A DNA stretch of 64,000 bases, taken from NCBI GenBank assembly GCA_025786725.1, contig JAHLTZ010000066.1, forward strand, positions 1 through 64,000. Reading direction: 5' to 3'. Each line of letters begins with the position of its first letter. The stretch's first letter is position 1. This stretch comes from Syncephalis fuscata S228. Taxonomy: Eukaryota; Fungi; Zoopagomycota. The notes beneath the pieces are model-generated. The model saw only the letters and a list, made by a program, of their open reading frames with translations. It had not been told where the DNA came from and ran no database searches. Of this stretch, positions 25,738 through 38,623 are shown piece after piece. Position numbers and translations under genes: made by a program.

Positions 25738-28700
25738 ATGCCCATACGCTGGTTCTATGACCAACCACGTACGCTAAATAACGACGATCTATTACACCAA
25801 CCGTTATTCTCAGACCATCTATTAAATAGTAATATGGAAGAAGAAAAATATTTGGAACAAGCAAACGAGTACTACAGTCCTGAATCTAGCGATCAAGAGA
25901 TGGAACGCGAAGAACTTGAAAAAGATAATCGCGACAAATTAAAGGATCAAGAACTAGAAGATGTATTTGATGAAGAAGAAAACGATGAAGATGAAGAAGT
26001 AAAATTAAAGAGTCGCTCACTTGATGAAGAACTTGACGATGATGAAGATGAAGATGAAGATGAAGATGATCAAATATTGACAGTTACACTGGATGAACTT
26101 ATGTCACCAAGTGTTAATACTAGTACTACTACTACTGAAGATATATCAAAAGAAATACCAACATCTACATCTGCGACTACAACAACTACAACTACAACAA
26201 CGCAAATAGAAGAAGAAGGGAAAGTAAAGACCCAAACTATGGTTACCGAGGAGATTATTACTGAAGAAATATTAGTAGTAGAGGGTGAAGAAGTAGATGA
26301 ACAGTATAATGAAGAAGTAGCAATAGTAGAAGAAGAAAGTGCAGTAAATGAAGCAGTTGTAGAAGTAGAGGAACAAGATGAACAAGAAATAGCCGTAAAT
26401 GAAGAAGAGGAACATTATAATGAAGAAGAACATTATAATGAAGAAATAGCGGCCATAAGTGAAGAAATAGCCATGATTGAAGAAGAAATATCCGTAGTAG
26501 AGGAAATAGCGGCTAGTGAAGTAGAAGGACAATATAGTGAAGATAATGAAGAACCGTATAGTGAATATAATGAAGAACCGTATATTGAATATAATGAAGA
26601 AGAACAGTATACAGAAAGTGAAGATGACGATAAAACATCCTCTGTCATTTCTATTTCTATGACTGATATGCAAATGGCTTCTATTGATTCACAATCAACA
26701 TCATCTGAAAACGATAAATACAATTCTTTAATCATGGATTCTGTATCTAATACCGTAACTACTACTACTGAACAACAACAAGTAGAACAAGTAGATATTA
26801 ATAACACATTATCAACAACAACAGACTCTTCTATATTATCTACTAAATTAAGTGTACCTCGTTCTCCACGTATCCGTCCTCAAGCACTGACTATTGTTCC
26901 ACCGACTACTGCTGCACTGTCTACACTCGATCAAATACCTGAATTCGATCTATCTTCATCTCCACCGCCTATTGTAGTCAATTCATTAGATGAAGTGGCC
27001 ATTAGTGTACCTCTACCCCGATCACCTCGTATTAGACCGTATTTAATGGCCGATATGGCTTCTGACACCCTTGACTACATGGAAGGAGAAGAGAACCCGC
27101 CATTACGACATTAGAAGAACTATTTGATCCACCTCATTCACCATCTTCATTATCATTAGACCAATTAATACCCAGATCTCCTAGAATACGCCCTATATCC
27201 AACCATTCTAGTATTTGTGGTGATATTGAACCACAAGAGTTGGATGATTCAGATTTATCTTCATTAGATGGACATCCATGATGTTACCACCATCTCCATT
27301 GGTGGAACCATCGATGTTATTACAGTATAATACTATGGACCATCAAGTAGTCTATGGTAATACAAGTACCGGTCATATGATTACTGAACAGCCTGGTGTA
27401 CTTTCCATGTCTATTAATGAAGGATTAAATGTGAATAGAACACGTAATTTAACGGTACATCAACGATCAGCCGCACCTTCTCCTACTTCATCCATGGGTG
27501 GATCTCCATTATTACCGCAACCCATACATTTGATTTCAATGTAAGTATAAGTATAGATATAATTAATTAATTAATTAATTAATTAATAATATATAGGAGT
27601 CGGTATCTCCAGTAGAATTCATTCCAAATTATAATGTAGCCACTACGGCTAATACAGATACCACTGCTTGGTCTGACTCATCACCTTATGGTGTTACTGT
27701 TATGTCATTGCCTTCATATACAGTTAATGATAAACAAGTAGTAACCATGAGTGAAGAGAAGATGGTATTTGAAGATACTGATCATCATCATCATAACAAT
27801 AATGGTGGTGAATTTAAACCTACAACAACAACACAACTACAACAACTACATCTATGAATGGTCTAGAAGGATATACAGTCTATAATCCATGGGAGAATGC
27901 AGTCAGTCCATTAGTACGTCCTATAGTTGTAGTATCACGTCCACCATCACCTGGATCTAATCTAGAAGTATCATCGCCATTATTATTACCTCAATCAAGC
28001 ATTGAAATAGAAGGAAAAGACAAAGAACCATATGCTGTAACCGTGCCTATTATTATTGAAGATATGAATGATATTGAAGATACAAATATTGATCATATTG
28101 ATCAATTATCTTCTCCAGTAACTGCTAAGGCTCAATGGCACACTTCAATGTCTATTGCTACATTTGAAGAGAATCTAGTTCAAATTAAACAATCAGCCGA
28201 TGAAGCAGATGAACCAGTATCTAATGAAGATGCTTCATTTATATCGAATGATGCCTCTTCAATAGCCTCATTTAATCAAGAAGAAAGAGAAGAAAAGGAG
28301 AAAGAGTAGAAAGAGGAGGAGGAGAAGAAGAAAGAGGAGGAGAAGAAGAAGAAGAAAATGTGTCATTACGACCAATATACTAAATAATAATAATGATGAT
28401 GAACAAGTAAGTAAATAATATAATATACATAATATACATAATATATATAATATATATAATATATATACATATATACATATATAATATATACTAATATACA
28501 TAATATCTATTAGATTATTGACTCTAATAATGATCATTTAATACACCATTTAACTGATCAACCAATAGATCATAGTATAAATGAATCTATTAATGAAGAT
28601 AGTTCAATCAATGATATTGTATACAAAGATACACGTAAATCCACTTTGGCCATTCTAGTAGAAGAAGCGGCATTACACGGTGGGGTCTGTGCATCAGATA

Positions 28701-31700
28701 CTGGATCTAATAAAGATACTGGATCTAATAAAGATACGGAAGAAGAATCTATTTTACAAGATGAACATGAAGACAGTATAGATACACCATTTGGACATCA
28801 TATGATTGCCAGTTCAACATTACAGTCTAATAGTGAATATACCACGATGAGTACACCTCAATTAGAACCCACTCAATTACATTTACCATTACAACAACAA
28901 CAACAACAAAAACTTGAAGTAGAAGAACCAATAGAACAAGAATCAAGTCTTAATTCTATTCTATTACAAGCCACACCATTTAATGATGACATGATAAATG
29001 GCATGTTAACTAGTATTAACCCTTCTAATATAAATACCATTAATGAATGGCCTATATTATCTGAAGATCAAGCGATATTCTCTCCTATTTTACCGGATGA
29101 AGATGCACCTTCACCAATACTACCACCTATATCAGTAACATCGATTATAAGTATGCCACCACCTGTAGTAACCATTGATGATACAGAAGATGATATAGAT
29201 ATAGATAATAAGGATGTTGTTGTTGTTGATACAGATATAGATAATAAGGATGTTGTTGTTGATACAGATACAGATAATAATGTTGTTGTTGATACAGATA
29301 TAGATAATAGGATGTTGTTGTTGATACAGATACAGATAATAAGGATGTTGTTGTTGATACAGATAATGTTGTTGATACACTTGATACTGATATGTCATTA
29401 GATCGACGTCCTTCAGTTCATTTGGTTAATCGATCTCATACATTTGGTGATATTCCTTCTACTTCTACTTCTCCTTCATCTTCATCTTCAACCAAACGAC
29501 CTACTAAACATCAAAAGAGTAAACAAGTCGATAAAAGTACAAAAGATCCATTATTAAGTAGAAATACCGATATCATCACTCCTATTTCTACTCAATGGAA
29601 TGCCGCTGATTTACATCCTGGTCAAGCATTATTAACTCCATCTAATCCATCTAATCCACCATTGTCTACTACTACTACAACAACAACAACTACTACTACT
29701 ACAACTACTATGACCGATACAACTACATTAACTACAATGACCCTATTGCCTAGTCTATCTAATAATCAGAATACCAGTATTGATCCATCGGGTACCTGGT
29801 CACTTTCTAGATCACTTGATAATCATACCAGTAATACACGATCACATCCTATGATGATATCACGATCCATGGGACATCAACGCCATAGTAGTAATAGTCA
29901 TAAGGGCAGTCATGGTATTTATAGTACAAGTCATGGTCAATATACTGATCATCATCCTTATCGATCCCATCGATTCAATTCATTGGATCATAAAGTGGAT
30001 CCAGATAGATTATTAGGATTATCGGCCACTCATGGATTAAGTGATGATGGATGGTTATCGATGGATGGTAGTCGATGGATTCCCCCAGCCGATACACCTT
30101 CACTTACCAGTCCATACCATTATATGCAACATAGAGTATCTGGGTCTATTGATGATCAATATGTACCTACAACTACTACTCCTACTACAATGACCACTAC
30201 AATGCATTCACGTCATTTATTAGAGGGATATAATCGAGAGATCCATTCTGTATTGGGTGGATCATTTGGTACAACCATTGGCCATCATCATCGATATGAT
30301 AGTAGTATAGGCAGTCATAGTGGCAGTCATATGCATCGATCATTGTCTGAACAGTTACCTATAACATCTAATGGTATAAATACAATAACTTCTACCTCAT
30401 TAATAGGTTCATTATCAACGGAAGCATTACGTAAAGATAAACAACAACAACAGCTGATTAATAATGAAGATGAAGAGGATACTATGAGATCATTATTAAC
30501 TGGTCCTCTATCTGATACGTATAGTCCATTAACTGATACATTTAGTCTACATCTATCCCATTCATATGATAGTAATTATAATAGTCAACATCCTATGGGA
30601 CATCATACCATGGATAGTATGAATAGTCATTCTACTATAGAATCTGGATCAACTGAACAACCACCACCTGTATCATCTCAAGTATCGCCACCATTAGGAT
30701 TAAAAGATGGATCATCTATAGTAAAGAATACACCGCCTTTATCAACACGTAAATTTATGCGTCGTTTATCATTTATTAATCAACAATCACCGGTAAGTAA
30801 AAATAGATGGATGAATGAATCAAATGAATTTAATTGATTATTAATATTTAATGGATCATTAATTGATTTAATTGATTATTGATTGATATTTAGGTGAGAA
30901 TGGGTGGTGGTATTATGTCCTTGGATACACCTCTTGTTACTCCGGGTGATGATTCTTTTCCTCAAGAATCATATTTAAGTAAACATAAGGGAACAGTATC
31001 TAATGAACATGATGATGAACATGATGATGAACATGATGATGACGGAAGAAGAAGAAGAAGAAGAAGAAGAGATTATGGATCATTCAAGTACAGAAGGGGT
31101 ATTTACATTTGATAAAGAATCAACTATGACCATAAATCATACTGAAACACAATTATTAAGATCAGACGAGGTAAATAATTAATAATTTCATTATTTATTT
31201 ATATATTAATTAGTATTTGATAGAATTACTTGGCAACCACACCCATAATTCCTATTATTAATATGTCATTGAATAATTCACCTAATAATACACAACATTC
31301 AACTTCATCCTCTCCATCTTCATTTAAAGATTTGATTCCTCCAACGAATATTAATATATCTAAATGGAGTGCCATGACTCGATCACAATTGGATATAATT
31401 GAAGAGAGTGAACATAGTACATCAACCACGCCTAATATGGAGAAGCGATTAGCATTAACGATGTCCGATCCAACGTTATTTAACAATTTGGCCTCTCCTA
31501 CTTTTGTGAATACCGCAACTGCCGCATCTTCATCGATTAATAGTCCACTTGTTAACTATCATCCCACGAGTGGAAATAATAATGGTATGGGTGTGCCATT
31601 ACTGGCCCAATTGCCATTATCGGCAGTTGGTGAGATGAATAATAATGGTAATGAATTTCCATTTAATATTCTACCTAATGAATTGTATGAAGATAAAGAA

Positions 31701-34700
31701 GAGGAGGAGAAGGAAGAGGAAGAAGTAATGGATAGAATAAAGAAGCGAGTAGTTTATGAAAAGGTAAGTAGTTTAAATAGATGATAGATAAATAGATAAA
31801 TAGATAAATAGATAACTATTAATGTATTTATTAATGTATTTATTATAGGATGAGGATGATGAAGATGCCAGGTCATTTACTTCTCCTCCTTGTTTTGCCC
31901 ATCAATTATCGTCACCATTTATGCCAACTATGGATTTATTTAACTCATCTCGAACTATATCCAATTCTACTCATACTTATTCTGAAATGACTACAGAAGA
32001 GGAAGAGGAAGAGGAAGAGGAGGAGAAACAACACCGTTCTCTCTTTCCTATATCTAAATCTAATCATCATAACCATATAGATCATATAACTGATATGAAT
32101 ATAGGACATGTCTCGAATAGAACCAGTTCTTCTAATTCATCCTCTTTATCAATGCAATCTTATGATGATAATGATGCCCATCGACCATTATCAGTTCATA
32201 GTTTAGAGAAATCGTTATTTGGTGAACATCATAGAAATGTTAGTATAAGTGGACATCATTTACATCATCCACATCAATCACCGCCTGTAACATCACCACT
32301 ATCTCATGATGAAGGTGAATCGACTCGATTACCCTCAGAACGACTTGATCCAATTAGATTTGATCTATTAACGCGTATATCTGATCAATTGTATTCACAA
32401 GAGATGAGGAATAACTTTGGTGCCCCTACTGTATTAGCGGTAGGTTATAATCATATTGGTACATTCAATAGAATTTATAGTAACATGGTGAATGGAATAG
32501 GTTGGTGAATGGTTAGCGATTGGTACATCGAGTGGTATGGTAGTACTATATGATCATACTCAGAATCTACGTACTATTCTACGTCGTAAGTTAGTTAGTG
32601 TCTATGTATAGATGGTTATTAATTAATATATATATATATGTATGTATGTATGTATATGTATATAATAGATACGGGTGTTGTAACGGCAGTGGCCGTGGCG
32701 GCTAATGGGTTCTTTGTTATGGCCGGATTTGCCAATGGATCGATTGTTATATGGGATGTGCGTAAAAGTGCCATTATTCGACATATTGAACCACTACCCC
32801 TACAACAACATCATCGTAATAACAGTGGTGATTATACAGGTAGTGGTGCGAGTAGTAATGGGGCCCAATTACTTGCTTATACCGCCCAACGTATTATGAA
32901 ACTATCCTCGGTCGTTGGTCGTAATACGTCAAATAGTAATACTGGTAGTAGTGGTGGTAGTCATCATCAACGCTCCTCTTCTATACTGACGAGTCGAGCG
33001 ACGATTGGACATGAATGGGGATCGGCCATTTTACATGTTGAATTTGTTGGTAATCAATCTCATGAAATTATTACTACCGATGACCAGGTAAATTTGAATA
33101 GTATATTATATACCACGCAAATATACTGATGGATATATATATATATATGTGTGTGTGTGATAGGGATTGGTGTTTTTACATCGGTTGGCTAAAGTGGCGG
33201 TTATTCGTTCAGTGGATACTTTCCATGTATTGGGTCGACGTCGTCGTAATGGTCCATTATCAATGACCGCACAAGGCATGCAACCACCAAGACGGGCCGG
33301 TACTGTATTTAGTGTATCTTCATTATCGATGGGGGTCATACAACATCCGGCCGATACCTTTGCCTTTATAGCCATCACCACACCGGTTAAAGTAAGTAGT
33401 CAATAATATTATTTATATTGATAAAGGTATTTATCATGAATGTAGATGTTAATTATAAGTACGAAACCGCGTATTGAGACGCATTTCAAAGTTATGAGAT
33501 CGGAAAAGATGATGGCTCAAACGATTGAAGAAGAAGGTATGATGGCCACTTGTGGATGTACAGCTTGGTATTCAGCCACCCTTGACGAAGGAGGTAAGCG
33601 TATATATATACATATATATATATATATATACTAGTACTAATATTATATAATGGTATAGAAGCGGCTGATCCATTACTTGCGTATAGTTGGGATCATCGAT
33701 TGGCTGTATTAAGAGTTATTGGTGATTCAGTTGAAGAAAAGGAACGAGGCGGTATATTAAGACGCCAATTACCACGAATTACCTTTGTTTATGTTAATGA
33801 ATGGCGTGGGCCATGTCCCATTGTAGCCATTCAATGGATGACACGTAAAGTAAGTACCTATAGAACATATAGAATATAGAGTAAATATTAATATGTTTAT
33901 TATTACTAGATGCTTGTTCTTTATACAAGTGAAGATGAAATGCTTGTATTTGATCGATCGGCCAATCAAGTTACTGAACGATGTGATTTACGCGCTGTTC
34001 GACTTGTTAGTAATAATCGGTTTATGACCCCCTTGAAGAGGATATCGATGAGAATGATGAACATTCATCTGATTTAGAACTGGCCTATTACCAAAGTGTA
34101 CGATCACATAAAGGTCGAGTCTATCTACTAGTAAGTATTAATATAGCCTATAATGTTGTTAGTAATAATAATATCTGGTAGGGTGTTGATCGATTGTGGA
34201 TGGGTATGCCATTGTCATGGGCAGATCGTATTGATGCTTGTGAACAGAATGGTGAACTGTTAAAGGCCATTGATATTGGTATTGCCTTAATTAATGGGGC
34301 ACCCGGTCTATCAACAGTTGGATTGCCGGATGATGATCTACAGAGACGTGTTGTGGTTGGTGCCCGTTTAATGCAATTAATACGTAAAGCCACGAGTATT
34401 ACCTTTGCGATTGATCGAGTGGGTGAACGACATCCGCGTAGTTGTCGTGAATTGGCCCGTGCGTCTATTGAAGCCAGTTTATGTATTGGTATTGAATCAT
34501 TTTTATTTGATGAAATCTACGAGACATTTTGTGAACATCAGTGTAGTCACTGGTTTTTGGGTGCATTGGCCAAGGCAGTTCATCGACGCCGTATTCATTT
34601 ATTGCCACCGGTAGTGGCTCAAGATCTTATTGTTTATTTACGTGGTCAACCCAAATTACTTGAAACGATTCTATTACACCTTGATTTAACCACTCTTGAT

Positions 34701-37700
34701 ATTGACACGATTGTTTCGGTTTGTCGACGTGACGGACTATGGGATGCACTTATATGGGTATGGACGAGGGCTGTACACGACTGGATTAGTCCAACGGTTG
34801 AACTATTACAAGTAGCACGACAACTGGCTGGTAATTCAGAAAGACGCGTTAAAGAGATTCTCGATCAGTTACTCGCCTATTTCGATCACGTATTACGTGG
34901 TCGTTGGTTCCCTTCACTATCGGATGAATCGTCAAACAACAATGACCATTCGGATCAACGACGAAATCGACGACATCGACCGCGTAGATCGTCTAAATCG
35001 GCCACCCGTCGTTATTGGGACGAGAAACGAGATATTATCCACGATAAGGTTATATGTCATAAGGCGAAAGCATCTATTTATCAGTTTATATTTTCATCTA
35101 CGGCTATTTACTGGCCTGAACAGCCAGCACCGGGAAATCCATCAAGTGAATTGGTATTAGTTGATGGTATTCTAAAACAATCAACTGGTTATGAAGATTT
35201 GGATGATTTACAGCCCTATCCTTATTTATCTCTACTGCTTGACTATGATCCAAAGCGATGGCTTGATACCCTTGAACGAGCATTTAATGATGATAGCTAC
35301 TTTGATTATAAAGAGCCAAAGAATGAAGCAAATAATGACGATGAAGGCGAAAACCAAGAAAAAAGTACAGCACATACTAGACAAACAATTGTGGATGCTC
35401 TTATTAAATGTGTTTCGCCGTATGCGCGTAATAACTTTACTACCGTGCCGGCCACCTTTGTTTGTATCTTCTTGGCCCGTCAATTACATCAACATAGCCG
35501 ACATATTCAATTGACACCGGATACATTAGAGGCAGTATTAATTCGATTAACTACCGATTCAACAACGGCATTATACGGTGCCACGAGTGATACACGACAG
35601 GCAGCCGTACAAGAATTGCTTAAAGTCTACATATCACCACATACGAAACAAATGACCGAGTTATACGATCGGGCCGGTTTCTATAGAGTACTTGAAACAG
35701 TCTATCGTAACGAACATAATTACGGCAAAGTAGTTGAAACGTATTTACGTGATCCAGAACGACGCAGTCAAGTATTTGACTGTATTCGACGATTATTAAG
35801 CGATAAAAGTCGATCAGTCGAGAAGAGTCGATTACTGCAAAAGAAACGGGCCCATGTACGCACATCGGTTATGGGACTAATGCCCCAACTGGTTAGTGTA
35901 GATGGTGCCCAATGTGCTCGATTAGTAGCCGATTTATTCGAGGATCAACATGAAGAAGTGGTAAAACTACTTGAGCCTGACCGTTTCCTTGTATATGCCT
36001 ACTTGCACGGTCTATTCGAAGCACGTCAACGGGTAAAACGATCTTTATTACGTAAAAAGGCTAGACAAGCAAGTGACTTAGCCAGTAGTTCACCCACCGG
36101 CATGACAGTTACTACTTCCACCACCACCACTACTGCTACTACTTTAATTAGTGGTCAAAAAAACAGCCATGTACTTTTGGATGATTTCCCTGGATTACCA
36201 CGTATGCTTGAACGGTATATTGAACTACTTTGTGAACGACATCCTTCATTGGTTCGAACATTCCTGGCTGATCATGAAGAAGATGGCATTTGGCTAAATA
36301 GTGCCCTGACCGTCTGTCGTGAATACGATGTTACCGATGCCATTGTATGGATACTTGAACAACGTGGTGATCTTGTACAAGCCTTAGAGGCTATTCTTAT
36401 TAAAGTACAAGACTGTGTTATTCAAGTAACAAAACAATTGGCCCGTGATGCCATTGATCATTTTACAGATGCCGCTGCTTCAGTCGTTAGTGATTGGCAA
36501 CACCAGCACCACCATCATGGATCGATTGACTTACTTGGTCGATATACACCGCCACCACGACTACCCATGCAAACCGCTAGCACTACAACGGACGTGTATC
36601 GCGCTGTAGATGCCATTGTATTGTATTTAAGAATGGCGGTAGAGTTGTGTGAGCGCGTTAGTACACGTGTATTAACGGCCGTAGCTAATGAACGGGCACA
36701 ACTTGAACACCAAAGTGAAGATCTATGGTTTATGCTACTGGTACAATTTGTAGATGCGTATCGTACATTAATGGCTGCAGCCACTGAACATGCACCTGCA
36801 CCCTCTTTATCATCTAGATCAACATCGCTAATACCACCAACGCAAGAGCCACTTGATCCATCGGGCCAAATGATACGCGGTGGCTTATACGAAAGTTTAA
36901 CGGAACTATTACAAGCTACCGCATCATCCGGTGTATCGCTGCCCAAACTGCTATTACGTCTGGTTAAATCGGACGCAGATACTAATGAAGAAATAGCGGA
37001 CGAAGAGGATGATATGTATTCTAATGAGGCGGGAACGACAACGGCCATGGCTACACCTAGACTATTTGCCGATTTACGTGATGTCTTTTTTGGTATGCTT
37101 GATTTGTATAAATTCGAGGCCCAATTACGTCGAGTGGCCCATCGACTTATCGAATCGGATGTGTTTAGTGAAATGCGTTTAGCAGTGCACACCCGTAGTC
37201 ATGGATGGCGGGCCATAAATGGCGGTGACTGTGATCGATGTGGACGTCGTCTTTGGTTAGATGCACGTAATCCATGTGCACGCGCCCCTATCAATGCAAT
37301 GCAAGTATTTGATTCACCTTTACGTTGGCCACATCGCCCACAACAGCAACAGCAACAATCGTCATTGTCACTATCAAATACAATTTCTAGATCTACGGGG
37401 GTGACGGCAAGGGCACAGGCAAAAAGAGCGATGAGTTATGATAGCCGTATGCATTCCCATTATAGTCCAGCTAATACATCGACACTGCCCACCACAAGTA
37501 AGGATTGGGCGGTAATGATGTATCGATGTGGTCACGCTTTTCACCAAACATGCTTATTACCGACCCCGCCTATAACGACAACGGCAAATGTACCGACATC
37601 CATCCCACCACCATCTATTTCTCGACAAAATTCACTAACCACTTCTATACTTACGACACATCGACTACTATCACCACCACTATCGCCTAGTTCGTCATTG

Positions 37701-37862
37701 CAGCCACAACAGCCGCAACACTCCTATCCTATAAGTGAGCACCAAAGTGATGAAGGTGAAGAAGTTCAACTATTCTCTGCTTCATCACTACCTTCTGCTC
37801 AATCAAAGATGCCATGTCCAGTTTGTTATCCGCCGCGTATATTAACGCATCATCGAATTTAA
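25738..37862 (+). CDS. VPS8: CORVET complex subunit Vps8 with a very long low-complexity N-terminal extension
   Basis: FGAPTVLA/LAIGTSSGMVVLYD WD40 repeats, LSWADRIDACEQNGELLKAIDIG, IHLLPPVVAQDLI, LWDALIWVWTRAVHDWISP (Vps8 domain), LERYIELLCERHPSLVRTFL (clathrin repeat), C-terminal RING-H2. Upstream exons are linked by canonical short introns. Confidence 0.9.
29190..29392 (+). repeat. Coding minisatellite, about 6 imperfect units of ~24-33 nt (DTDIDNKDVVV)
   Basis: Repeated GATACAGATATAGATAATAAGGATGTTGTTGTT. Confidence 0.9.
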
Positions 37863-38159
37863 TTAAATAAATAGTATTACTATGATTATTAAATAGGCCA
37901 GTCATGGGATAATAGTGATATATTACTACTATATTGTAAATACTGGCAATGTTGTTATTGGCTTATTTATATTTTGTATTATGTTGTAGTATTTATAAAA
38001 TATATAAGTAGAATGAATAGAAATAATTTAAAGGCTGCCACAAACACAATTAACTGCGAATAAACAACAGTTATGAATAAAGCATATTTAATAGAGCAAA
38101 TACTAAAATATATGAATAATGAATTTAATGCTACAATGCATATATATATGGGTGAATAA

Positions 38160-38490
38160 GTAAAATAGTCGATATTTATTAATAATACTGCTAGAACAAA
38201 AACAAATACGGCTTTGGATAGAGGAGGACTAGAAGGGTATAGAATGATATATAAAATAATGAATGTATGGTAAGAAAGCATATATGATAGCATGGAATAG
38301 AATGGGATGATATAGATGAATAGAGTGTATGTATACTGAATAATGAATCTATAATGATGAGTATTTTGGACCCTGATGTGAATTACTTCTTGTTTCCTGT
38401 TCAATAGAAAGAAAGTTTAATTTAAATGTATGAATGTTATTAAATGCAGTTATTTAACCACCGAAGTACAATAAATGAGTAATAAATTGC
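38160..38490 (-). repeat. Dispersed repeat family, subtype B copy
   Basis: Very similar to 63000-63230 (GAGTATTTTGGACCCT.ATGTGAATTACT...AAAGTTTAATTTAAATGTATGAATGTTATTAAATG), with reverse-complement similarity to 10700-11130. Confidence 0.85.
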
Positions 38491-38623
38491 ATTTAGATGA
38501 CTAAATTTATTATTTAAATAATTATATTGTATGCAATGTAATGGAATAGAAGCATATCATAGTAAAAATATAATATTTATTGTTTTTTGTACTTTATAAA
38601 CTAAATACACTAATATGAAATAT

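Noticed and set aside
26272-26807. Minus-strand hydrophobic ORFs (F/I/Y-rich) and similar antisense ORFs elsewhere
   Set aside because: Shadow frames of the GAA/GAT-rich VPS8 coding strand.
29190-29392. CRISPR-like repeat array
   Set aside because: No unique spacers; it is an in-frame coding minisatellite in a eukaryotic gene.
37979-38404. 141-aa hydrophobic ORF, and similar ORFs at 10457, 11155 and 62555
   Set aside because: They overlap or adjoin the AT-rich dispersed repeat, and the frames are not conserved between copies.
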